This document shows, in pieces, positions 53,814-64,000 of a DNA stretch of 64,000 nt. The position numbers and the translations under genes were made by a program. The stretch covers positions 68,695 through 132,694 of the forward strand of contig MWDJ01000004.1 of the NCBI GenBank assembly GCA_002070505.1, read 5' to 3'. This DNA comes from Bacteroidetes bacterium ADurb.Bin145. Lineage in GTDB: Bacteria; Bacteroidota; Bacteroidia; Bacteroidales; VadinHA17. A model generated the notes under the pieces. It was not told where the DNA came from. It saw nothing but the letters and a program-made list of their open reading frames with translations, and made no database searches. The stretch's first letter is position 1; each line of letters starts with the position of its first letter.

Positions 53814-55832
53814 TTAGCGCACTTTACTGTTGATAAGTTTCTGAAGCGCTGCCATTTCGTCACGATACCTTGCAGCTTCAATGAAATCAAGTTCTGAGGC
53901 TGCTTTTTCCATTTTTTTACGGGCCTGATCCATAGCTTTTTGCAAAGCTTCGGCATTCATGTATTTTATTACCGGATCAGCAGCAATATCAGTATGCTCG
54001 GGTTCAACATAAGCTTTCACTGCAATGCCTTTCTTACTGAGGCCGGCAAGTATGGCTCCTGTCTTACGTACTATCTGAGCAGGAGTTATGCCCATCTTAT
54101 CGTTGTATTTCAGCTGCTTATCCCTCCTCCTGTTGGTCTCATTTATCGTTAACTGCATGCTTCCCGTTATCGTATCAGCGTACATTATGACCTTGCCGTT
54201 GATATTCCTTGCAGCTCTTCCCGCTGTCTGTGTCAGTGACCTCGCTGACCGGAGGAACCCTTCCTTATCAGCATCAAGTATTGCTACAAGCGATACTTCA
54301 GGAAGATCCAGTCCCTCTCTCAGAAGGTTCACTCCTACAAGCACGTCAAAAGCTCCTGTTCTCAACCCTTCCATTATTTCGATCCGTTCAAGAGTATCAA
54401 TATCCGAATGAATGTAACGGCATCTTATATCAAAACGAAGAAGGTATGACGAAAGTTCTTCAGCCATCCTTTTTGTAATAGTCGTTACAAGGGTCCTCTC
54501 TCCTGATTGAGCTCTGTCCCTAATTTCCTTCATTAGGTCATCGATCTGGTTAAGACTCGGCCTGACTTCTATTGGAGGATCAAGCAGACCGGTAGGGCGG
54601 ATGACCTGATCAACGAAGACTCCCTCGCTTTTCTCAAGTTCGTAGTCGGCGGGGGTCGCACTGACAAAAATAACCTGATTTGTAAGGGATTCGAATTCCT
54701 CTATCCTCATCGGCCTGTTGTCGAGAGCTGCAGGCAGACGGAACCCATATTCAACAAGCGTCTGCTTCCTGGAATGATCACCCCCGAACATACCTCTTAT
54801 CTGTGGTATGCTGACGTGGCTCTCGTCAATCACAGTTATGAAATCGTCGGGAAAATAATCAAGCAGGCAGAAGGGTCTTGTTCCTGGCTGCCGTCCGTCA
54901 AAATAACGCGAGTAATTCTCAATACCGCTGCAATATCCCAGTTCCTTTATCATCTCAATGTCATACAAAACCCTCTGTTCAAGTCTTTTTGCTTCCTCTT
55001 TCTTGCCGATATCGTTAAAATATGTCACCTGCCTTAAAAGATCATTCTGGATATCTATTATCGCCTGATTGATCCTGTCGCGGGTTGTAACGAAGATATT
55101 TGCTGGATAGATTATATACTCATCCAGATCGCTGAGCCGGTTACCTCCAATCGGATCGAAGGTGCTTATCTCTTCGACAGTGTCGCCGAAAAAAATAACA
55201 CGTATACCGATATCAGCATATGCCGGGTAGATATCAACCGTATCTCCGCGAACCCTGAATGTACCATGCCTGAATTCCAGCTCATTCCTCGAATAGAGGC
55301 TGTCGACGAGCTTCCTGAGGAACTGGTTCCTTCCAAAATTGCGTCCCCTGATAACATGAACCGTGTTTGAATGGAAATCGTCGGGATTACCTATACCGTA
55401 AAGACATGATACTGAAGAAACTACAATGACATCCTTTCTGCCAGAGAGCAGGGATGAAGTGGCGCTCAGGCGAAGCTTCTCAAGATCTTCATTGATTGAG
55501 AGGTCTTTTTCTATGTAAGTATCTGTGACGGGCAGGTATGCTTCAGGCTGGTAATAATCGTAATATGATACAAAATATTCAACGCAGTTTTCAGGGAAGA
55601 ACTGCCTGAACTCACCATAGAGCTGTGCAGCGAGGGTTTTATTATGACTGAGGACGAGAACAGGTTTGTTTATTTTTTCGACAACGTTGGCTATTGTAAA
55701 GGTTTTACCAGAGCCGGTAACGCCGAGGAGAGTCTGGTACCTGATACCTTTTCTCAGTCCGTCAACCAACTGTTCAATAGCTTCGGGCTGATCACCCGTG
55801 GGGACAAAATCTGATACCAGTTTGAAATCCAT
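53814..55832 (-). CDS. uvrB: Excinuclease ABC subunit B
   Basis: GVTGSGKT Walker A, helicase motifs, C-terminal UVR domain (AARYRDE). Confidence 0.95.
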   Translation of the reverse strand: MDFKLVSDFVPTGDQPEAIEQLVDGLRKGIRYQTLLGVTGSGKTFTIANVVEKINKPVLVLSHNKTLAAQLYGEFRQFFPENCVEYFVSYYDYYQPEAYLPVTDTYIEKDLSINEDLEKLRLSATSSLLSGRKDVIVVSSVSCLYGIGNPDDFHSNTVHVIRGRNFGRNQFLRKLVDSLYSRNELEFRHGTFRVRGDTVDIYPAYADIGIRVIFFGDTVEEISTFDPIGGNRLSDLDEYIIYPANIFVTTRDRINQAIIDIQNDLLRQVTYFNDIGKKEEAKRLEQRVLYDIEMIKELGYCSGIENYSRYFDGRQPGTRPFCLLDYFPDDFITVIDESHVSIPQIRGMFGGDHSRKQTLVEYGFRLPAALDNRPMRIEEFESLTNQVIFVSATPADYELEKSEGVFVDQVIRPTGLLDPPIEVRPSLNQIDDLMKEIRDRAQSGERTLVTTITKRMAEELSSYLLRFDIRCRYIHSDIDTLERIEIMEGLRTGAFDVLVGVNLLREGLDLPEVSLVAILDADKEGFLRSARSLTQTAGRAARNINGKVIMYADTITGSMQLTINETNRRRDKQLKYNDKMGITPAQIVRKTGAILAGLSKKGIAVKAYVEPEHTDIAADPVIKYMNAEALQKAMDQARKKMEKAASELDFIEAARYRDEMAALQKLINSKVR

Positions 55833-55900
55833 TAAAACGGGAATTTAGAAATTAACTGACAAAGGTATTAAAGTAGAAGGAGAAAATTTAACTGGAGTTC

Positions 55901-55931
55901 AAAAGAAAAAAGGTGTCCTTATGAGACACCT
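55901..55931 (-). terminator. Intrinsic terminator after rpoD
   Basis: Minus strand AGGTGTC-TCATAAG-GACACCT followed by TTTTTCTTTT. Confidence 0.7.
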
Positions 55932-55955
55932 CTCTCCAACCATAAAATTTAATTT

Positions 55956-56816
55956 TCAACCTAAATAACCCTTTAATAACCTGCTTCTTGAAGTATGTCT
56001 TAAGCGTCTTATTGCTTTTTCCTTGATCTGGCGGACCCTTTCGCGGGTAAGGCCGAACTTCTCCCCTATTTCTTCCAGGGTCATTTCCTGGCAGCCTATT
56101 CCGAAGAAAAACCTTATTATGTCTCTTTCTCTTTCTGTAAGTGTAGCAAGGGCTCGGTATATCTCTCTTGACAGAGACTCATCCATAAGGAGCTTATCAG
56201 CTACCGGTGAGTCAGAATTTGTAAGTACGTCGAGGAGACTGTTGTCCTCTCCTTCAATGAACGGAGCATCGACAGAGACATGACGGCCTGAGACTTTCAG
56301 GGTATCGGTAACCTTTTCCTTCGGGAGTTCAAGCACATCAGCAAGCTCTTCGGGAGAAGGAGTACGTTCATTTTCCTGTTCGAATTTCGAAAAAGCTTTA
56401 TTGATCTTATTCAGTGAGCCTACCTGGTTGAGAGGCAGTCTTACTATCCTTGACTGCTCAGCCAGTGCCTGAAGTATCGATTGTCTGATCCACCATACAG
56501 CGTAGGAGATGAACTTGAATCCCCTGGTTTCATCAAATTTCTCAGCAGCTTTTATGAGGCCAAGATTACCTTCATTTATCAGGTCAGGCAGACTAAGCCC
56601 CTGATTCTGATACTGTTTAGCCACGGAAACAACAAAACGCAAGTTAGCTTTGGTGAGTTTTTCAAGCGCGTTCCTGTCGCCCTTTTTAATACGTTGAGCC
56701 AGTTCAACCTCTTCTTCTACCGAAATCAACTCTTCTTTACCAATCTCCTGCAGATATTTGTCCAATGAAGCACTCTCTCTGTTTGTTATGGATTTGGTAA
56801 TCTTTAGTTGTCTCAT
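55956..56816 (-). CDS. rpoD: Primary RNA polymerase sigma factor (sigma-70/sigma-A)
   Basis: Region 2 ([12 protein letters not shown]..., [11 protein letters not shown]) and region 4 ([19 protein letters not shown]). Short Bacteroidota form, 286 aa. Confidence 0.95.
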   Translation of the reverse strand: MRQLKITKSITNRESASLDKYLQEIGKEELISVEEEVELAQRIKKGDRNALEKLTKANLRFVVSVAKQYQNQGLSLPDLINEGNLGLIKAAEKFDETRGFKFISYAVWWIRQSILQALAEQSRIVRLPLNQVGSLNKINKAFSKFEQENERTPSPEELADVLELPKEKVTDTLKVSGRHVSVDAPFIEGEDNSLLDVLTNSDSPVADKLLMDESLSREIYRALATLTERERDIIRFFFGIGCQEMTLEEIGEKFGLTRERVRQIKEKAIRRLRHTSRSRLLKGYLG

Positions 56817-56835
56817 GCTCCTTAAAAAATTTGCG

Positions 56836-56843
56836 CAAAGTTA
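56836..56843 (-). promoter_or_regulatory. -7 motif TAACTTTG upstream of rpoD
   Basis: Matches TAnnTTTG on the minus strand, 20 nt from the start at 56816. Confidence 0.45.
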
Positions 56844-56942
56844 ATACAATAATTAATATTCACAAAACAAAACAGCGTTTATTGGAAAAAAAGAGGACTG
56901 ATAAATAACCCTCTGATTTACAATAATTTATTTACTGTCATA

Positions 56943-58394
56943 TCAGTTACCGAACCTATAACTGAAGAACCTTCCGTCAGGAAAATATCCTTCGATCGTC
57001 TTAAGTGAGCTTTCATTCCCGCCCGTTGCACTCTTTACATCAGATGAATTATTCACTTTTTTTCCATTGATGGTGGTAATGATGGTGCCTCTTCTCAAGC
57101 CGATGTCTTTGAATAGTCCGTCATTCAGTTCTACAATCCTGACTCCGTTTTCAAGTTTAAATGATCTCCTGTCATTTGCAGAAAGTCCCTCCAGCCTTGC
57201 GCCAAATACTTCCACTCCTGTCATTCCCCTTGTAACAACATTTGTATTACCTGCTATGTTCTTTAAAATGACCGGAACAGTATATTCTTTCCCTCCTCTG
57301 ACATAAGTCACTGATATCTTGTCTCCCGGACGGTATTTTGCAACCTGCTCCTGGAGTTCTGCCGAATTATTTACAGGCACTCCGGCGATTTTAAGTATCA
57401 CATCTTTTTCCTTGATGCTTGCCTCGGCAGCTGCGCTTCCTTCATAAACCTTAGCAACCAGAGCTCCCTTTACTTCCTTCATGCTCTGTTTATCAGCTTC
57501 TTCAGGTGTCATATCGGTTATGCTTACTCCGATAATTGCCCTCTGAACCTCTCCGTACTGCCTCAGGTCATCAATAACTTTCTTGACAATACTTACAGGA
57601 ATTGCAAACGAATTTCCTGCATAGGCTCCATTGGGAGTATAAATAGCCGATGTTATACCGACAAGCAATCCCTTCGTATCCACAAGAGCTCCACCACTGT
57701 TCCCTACATTCAGAGCTGCATCGGTCTGAATAAAGGATTCGATACGGTATTCGCCTTCGAGAATATCAAGGTTCCTTCCCTTTGCACTTACAATGCCTGC
57801 CGTTACAGTCGTACCAAGCGTAAAAGGATTTCCGACTGCAAGCACCCATTCCCCTACTTTCAGGGTCTCAGAATTGCCCCATCTCAGATACTGAAGGTTA
57901 TTAGCCTTGATCTTCAGAAGAGCTATGTCGGTAGTGGGATCTCGTCCGATAACTTCAGCCGGTAAAACCCTGTTATCATTCAACTTCACTTCAATGTTCT
58001 CAGCATCCTCTATTACGTGGTTATTGGTTACAATATAACCATCCTCGGAAATAATGACTCCTGACCCGTATCCCCTTTGCTCCCTTGGTTGATTGTTGTA
58101 ACGGTCACCATACCACCATTGCATAAAGGGATTGTCAGGTTCTTTCACCATTGCCTTAGTCCTTACATGTACAACTGCATGAACAGTCTGTTCAGCTGCA
58201 TACGTGAAATCAATCTGCCCCTCACCTAACTGAAAAGACGTCAGGAAACCCCTGGCATCAGCGAGCTGTGCCCCTGAGCTGTCCCTCTCAACGACCGTCG
58301 CAGGCTTATCTGCAAAATTTGTGTAGATCAATAATGTTATGGCCGCTCCTGCTATAGCCATTAACAATCCTCCTAATACATACTTGCCTTTCAT
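56943..58394 (-). CDS. htrA: Do/HtrA family serine endopeptidase with two PDZ domains
   Basis: Catalytic triad contexts TNNHV, DIALLK and GNSGGAL, followed by PDZ regions. Confidence 0.9.
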   Translation of the reverse strand: MKGKYVLGGLLMAIAGAAITLLIYTNFADKPATVVERDSSGAQLADARGFLTSFQLGEGQIDFTYAAEQTVHAVVHVRTKAMVKEPDNPFMQWWYGDRYNNQPREQRGYGSGVIISEDGYIVTNNHVIEDAENIEVKLNDNRVLPAEVIGRDPTTDIALLKIKANNLQYLRWGNSETLKVGEWVLAVGNPFTLGTTVTAGIVSAKGRNLDILEGEYRIESFIQTDAALNVGNSGGALVDTKGLLVGITSAIYTPNGAYAGNSFAIPVSIVKKVIDDLRQYGEVQRAIIGVSITDMTPEEADKQSMKEVKGALVAKVYEGSAAAEASIKEKDVILKIAGVPVNNSAELQEQVAKYRPGDKISVTYVRGGKEYTVPVILKNIAGNTNVVTRGMTGVEVFGARLEGLSANDRRSFKLENGVRIVELNDGLFKDIGLRRGTIITTINGKKVNNSSDVKSATGGNESSLKTIEGYFPDGRFFSYRFGN

Positions 58395-58563
58395 AATTAT
58401 AATTTTTTAATTTTTTATCCTTTTTGTATCAACGGATGTCAAATATGTGCCATGAAAAAGATTCATATCTTTACAACCGTTTTTAACCAGTTTTGTTTTA
58501 CAAAGATCATGCATTTTTATTATGACCCTCAATATAATACACTGATTTAACAACACTTTAACT

Positions 58564-59337
58564 ATGATGCATATCCATTTTAACAAATACCAGGGTGCTG
58601 GTAATGATTTCATTATCATAGACAATCGTAACGGGGCATTTAATCCTGAAAACTCAGAACTTATTAACAGGATGTGCGACCGCCGTTTTGGCATAGGGGC
58701 TGACGGACTTATCCTTGTGTCAGATCATAAGGATGTTGATTATGAGATGAAATATTTTAATTCAGACGGGAAACTTGGCTCAATGTGCGGTAACGGAGGA
58801 AGATGCGTCGCCCACTTTGCCTTTAAACATGGCATTGCAGGTCCAAACCAGAAATTCATTGCCTATGACGGATTACATGAAGCATTCGTTAACAAAGGTA
58901 CCGTCAGGCTTCAGATGGGAGATATAAATGAGTATAAACTTATAAATGGCAATTATTTCTTAAATACCGGCTCCCCTCATTATGTACTTTTTATGGATGA
59001 GATAGAGAACCTCAACGTCTTCGAGGAAGGCTGGAAGATCCGCTGGTCACAGGATTTTGCCCCCGGAGGCACTAATGTGAACTTTGTGAAAGTCCACAAA
59101 AACGGCTTGTCGGTAAGAACTTTCGAACGCGGAGTTGAAGACGAGACCCTTGCCTGTGGAACAGGAATAACAGCTTCTGCCATTGCTGCAGTTCTGAAAG
59201 GACATTTTGACACTAATTCAATCGATGTTAAAGCCAGGGGAGGAGATCTGAAGGTGGAATTTAAAATCGACGGCAAAAAAATATCAGGTATCTGGCTTAC
59301 CGGACCAGCGGCTTTTGTGTTTGAAGGCGAGTGGTGA
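58564..59337 (+). CDS. dapF: Diaminopimelate epimerase
   Basis: KYQGAGNDFIIID, catalytic Cys contexts MCGNGGRC and ACGTG. The last codons and the TGA stop lie inside a heptamer repeat array. Confidence 0.95.
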   Translation: MMHIHFNKYQGAGNDFIIIDNRNGAFNPENSELINRMCDRRFGIGADGLILVSDHKDVDYEMKYFNSDGKLGSMCGNGGRCVAHFAFKHGIAGPNQKFIAYDGLHEAFVNKGTVRLQMGDINEYKLINGNYFLNTGSPHYVLFMDEIENLNVFEEGWKIRWSQDFAPGGTNVNFVKVHKNGLSVRTFERGVEDETLACGTGITASAIAAVLKGHFDTNSIDVKARGGDLKVEFKIDGKKISGIWLTGPAAFVFEGEW

Positions 59338-59403
59338 GAGGGCAGCGGTGAGTGGTGAGTGATGAGCAGAGGGCGGGGAGCAAGGAGCGGGGAAATGAGG
59401 GGA
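59327..59403 (+). repeat. Heptamer array, about 11 units (GGTGAGT/GGGGAGC-like), G-rich
   Basis: GGCGAGT GGTGAGA GGGCAGC GGTGAGT GGTGAGT GATGAGC AGAGGGC GGGGAGC AAGGAGC GGGGAAA TGAGGGG. It overlaps the dapF 3' end. Confidence 0.9.
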
Positions 59404-59412
59404 CCAAAATCT

Positions 59413-59444
59413 GATTCCCCCCTTGAGGGGGGTCAGGGGGATGT
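59413..59444 (+). repeat. Conserved hairpin module (GATTCCCCCCTTGAGGGGGGTCAGGGGGATGT), copy 2
   Basis: C6-TTGA-G6 hairpin followed by TCAGGGGGATGT. Same orientation relative to transcription as copy 1. Confidence 0.85.
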
Positions 59445-59464
59445 AAAAATCGGCATAAGCTGAT

Positions 59465-60496
59465 ATGCGGAAGGAAAAACTTTACGGGAAGACATTAGAT
59501 GAGCTGATCGCTGTGACAAGGCAGATCATACTGCCGGGATATGCTGCCAGACAAATAGCCGACTGGTTGTATAAGAAGGAAATAACTGAAATTGAGGAGA
59601 TGAGCAACCTTTCTAAAAAGACAAGGGAAGCGCTCTCTGAGGCTTATGAAATAGGCCTCTGTCCTCCTGTAAGTGAAGCCGTAAGCAGTGACGGCACCAA
59701 AAAATATCTCTTTAAAGTACTGAACGATAAATATATAGAAACAGCATTCATCCCGGAGGATGACCGTGCAACAATTTGCCTTTCATGCCAGGCAGGTTGT
59801 AAAATGGGATGTATATTCTGCCTTACCGGGAAACAGGGATTTCAGGGTAATCTCTCATCAAACGAAATACTTAATCAGTTCAGGAGCATTCCTGAATTCA
59901 GGAAGCTCACTAATATTGTCTATATGGGTATGGGGGAACCCCTTGACAACCTTGATGAAGTAATAAAGAGCCTTGAAATACTAACTGGCTTATGGGGATA
60001 TGGATGGAGTCCCACAAGAATTACTGTAAGCACTATCGGGTTGAAGAACCAGGTCAGGGAATTCCTTGAAAGAAGCCGGTGCCACCTTGCAGTGAGCCTT
60101 CACTCCCCTTTTGATGAGGAAAGAAGCAGGTTGATGCCCATTCAGAAAACAAACAATATCAGAGAAATACTTGAAATAATCCGGACGGCTGATCTGAACA
60201 GCCAGAGGAGGATCTCTTTCGAGTATATACTATTTAAGGGAATAAATGATACACCGCAGCACGTACAGGAACTTGCCCGCTTACTGAACGGAATTAAATG
60301 CCGTATAAACATAATCCGCTTTCATACAATACCAGGATCGGAATTCACCAGCCCTTCACTGCAGGAAGCTGAGGGATTCAGGGATATCCTTAACAAAAAA
60401 GGTATACTGGCAACTGTCAGAAGATCACGCGGCGAGGATATCGGAGCAGCATGCGGCCTTCTGTCGACAAGAGCAATGAACAAACAGGCTGAGTGA
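59465..60496 (+). CDS. rlmN: 23S rRNA/tRNA (adenine-C2)-methyltransferase RlmN (radical SAM)
   Basis: Radical-SAM cluster CKMGCIFC, GMGEPL, C-terminal ...GEDIGAACG. Confidence 0.9.
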   Translation: MRKEKLYGKTLDELIAVTRQIILPGYAARQIADWLYKKEITEIEEMSNLSKKTREALSEAYEIGLCPPVSEAVSSDGTKKYLFKVLNDKYIETAFIPEDDRATICLSCQAGCKMGCIFCLTGKQGFQGNLSSNEILNQFRSIPEFRKLTNIVYMGMGEPLDNLDEVIKSLEILTGLWGYGWSPTRITVSTIGLKNQVREFLERSRCHLAVSLHSPFDEERSRLMPIQKTNNIREILEIIRTADLNSQRRISFEYILFKGINDTPQHVQELARLLNGIKCRINIIRFHTIPGSEFTSPSLQEAEGFRDILNKKGILATVRRSRGEDIGAACGLLSTRAMNKQAE

Positions 60497-60497
60497 G

Positions 60498-61931
60498 ATG
60501 AAAAAGTGGTTCCTGTCAATACTTATATATCTGCCTGTATTGGCATATCCCCAGGAAAAATCTTTTGCCAGGTTTACTGCCGACAGCTCAATGGATCATT
60601 CGGTAATATCCTTTTGCCTGAAAGATGCTGAGACCGGGTCGACTGTTTTTGAAAGCAACTCAGGATCAAGCCTGATCCCGGGATCTGTATTAAAAATCAT
60701 TACATCGGCCGTGGCCCTTGAAATACTGGGCCCTGATCATACCTTTAAAACAGTGTTCGGATATTCCGGGAAAACTACACCACGATCGGGAAAACTTGAT
60801 GGGAACATCATAATAAAGGGTGGCGGTGACCCTACGCTTGGATCAGAGAATTTCATTGAGCATTATGATGGTTTTGCCGACAATTGGGTTTCAGAAATTA
60901 CAAAAACAGGTATAAAAAGAATAAACGGCCGGGTGATCACCGATGATTCATATTTTGATTACAGACCCGTCCCATCTAAATGGCTTTGGGAAGATGCCGG
61001 AAATTATTACGGAGCTGGCGCTTACGGGCTGTCCGTTTTTGACAATACTTACGCGATCCATTTCAATACAACAGATACAGTCCATGCTCCCCTTATTACA
61101 GGTATCTATCCTGAAGAATGCCGCTATGTTCTTACAAACAGGCTCACCGCTGCAGGGACTCAGGATAAAGGGTTTGTCTTTGCAGCACCATATACTGAAA
61201 CCGCTTCAATGGAAGGCACAATACCTTCAGGATCAGAGGATTTTATATTAAAAGCCTCAATCCCTGATCCTCCATTGGTAATGGCAAAAATAATTGACCG
61301 CAAGCTGAGGGATTCGGGAATAATGATCACCGGACAGCCAACCACAACAAGGATGGCACTGATTCCCACTGAAAATTTTGTCAGGGTTTATGAAACCGTC
61401 TCTCCTCCCCTGAAAGATATTATCAGGGTACTGAACCACGAAAGTATTAATCTTTATGCCGAACACCTGGTGAAAGAGCTTGGCAGGACTTCCCGGAACA
61501 GGGGAACGACTGAAGACGGGCTATCAGTAATAATGGGTTTTCTTAAAGAAAAAGGGTTATACAGGGGCGGACTCTTCATGGAGGACGGGAGCGGGTTGTC
61601 TCCTCTTAACACAGTCACATCAGAACAGATCGTAGAAGTACTGAGGTATATTAAGAGAGAAAGCCGGTATTTCGACGATTATATTTCATCATTCCCCGAT
61701 CCCGGTAAGGAGGGGACATTACGCAACTACTTCAGGGATCCGATTTTTGCATCTGCATTGAAAGCAAAAAGCGGTTCAATGACAAGAGTCAGGGCGTATG
61801 CAGGCTATCTGACAACCATGTCAGGTAAAAATCTTGTCTTCTGCATCATTGTTAACAATTTCGATGGACCTTCGCGGGCTGTTGTTGCTCATATTGAGGA
61901 GATTCTGAAAGAAGTGATAGTAAACAGATAA
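60498..61931 (+). CDS. dacB: D-alanyl-D-alanine carboxypeptidase/endopeptidase (PBP4, S13 family)
   Basis: SxxK (GSVLKI), DGSGLS and KSG (KAKSGSM) motifs. 477 aa with a signal peptide. Confidence 0.85.
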   Translation: MKKWFLSILIYLPVLAYPQEKSFARFTADSSMDHSVISFCLKDAETGSTVFESNSGSSLIPGSVLKIITSAVALEILGPDHTFKTVFGYSGKTTPRSGKLDGNIIIKGGGDPTLGSENFIEHYDGFADNWVSEITKTGIKRINGRVITDDSYFDYRPVPSKWLWEDAGNYYGAGAYGLSVFDNTYAIHFNTTDTVHAPLITGIYPEECRYVLTNRLTAAGTQDKGFVFAAPYTETASMEGTIPSGSEDFILKASIPDPPLVMAKIIDRKLRDSGIMITGQPTTTRMALIPTENFVRVYETVSPPLKDIIRVLNHESINLYAEHLVKELGRTSRNRGTTEDGLSVIMGFLKEKGLYRGGLFMEDGSGLSPLNTVTSEQIVEVLRYIKRESRYFDDYISSFPDPGKEGTLRNYFRDPIFASALKAKSGSMTRVRAYAGYLTTMSGKNLVFCIIVNNFDGPSRAVVAHIEEILKEVIVNR

Positions 61932-61960
61932 TTACCGGCTGCAGATACGGAACTTAAGAT

Positions 61961-61968
61961 TATATTTG
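61961..61968 (+). promoter_or_regulatory. -7 motif TATATTTG upstream of the DUF362-ferredoxin gene
   Basis: Matches TAnnTTTG, 17 nt upstream of ATG 61985. Confidence 0.45.
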
Positions 61969-61984
61969 CAGTTTTTATAAAAAC

Positions 61985-64000
<2,016 letters not shown>

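Noticed and set aside
56888-56917. Weak hairpin plus T7 after htrA as an intrinsic terminator
   Set aside because: It has only a 5-bp stem (AGAGG/CCTCT) with a 13-nt loop, which is too weak to list as a feature, although the T-run is suggestive.
58407-58694. 95-aa ORF spanning the htrA-dapF divergent promoter region and the dapF 5' end
   Set aside because: It overlaps the dapF start in antisense and covers AT-rich promoter DNA. No family recognised.

Overview
This looks like a chromosomal segment of a Bacteroidota genome, moderately AT-rich by eye. Supporting evidence: a SusC/SusD pair, a PorD-like DUF4835 gene, the conserved blocks nusB-DUF1573-yajC-ybbR-coaE, bamD-rpoZ-coaBC-DUF4835-recN and ftsK-lolA, many TAnnTTTG (-7) promoter motifs, and no obvious Shine-Dalgarno sites. 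About 60 genes are callable and most are housekeeping: gyrB, uvrB, rpoD, htrA, dapF, rlmN, dacB, trxB, recN, ftsK, mazG, argF/arcC, hutI/ftcD. There is one tRNA-Pro(GGG). I found no CRISPR array, integrase, transposase or recognisable defence genes. The unusual content is intergenic. (1) An Avd/23S-IVS-family four-helix-bundle gene is enclosed by two inverted arrays of degenerate 8-bp repeats, inserted exactly between a stop codon and a bidirectional terminator. (2) Short-period arrays of 7, 8 or 9 bp recur in other gene junctions. Two of these are copies of a composite G-rich element: a heptamer array followed by a conserved C5-6/G5-6 hairpin module. (3) A 161-bp MITE-like element has perfect 19-bp terminal inverted repeats and a nested switch-like hairpin core. 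It sits in a gene-poor AT-rich stretch next to tRNA-Pro, which also holds a tRNA-like fragment. (4) coaBC is split at an A11 homopolymer. All functional calls come from motif and family recognition by eye; no searches were run.
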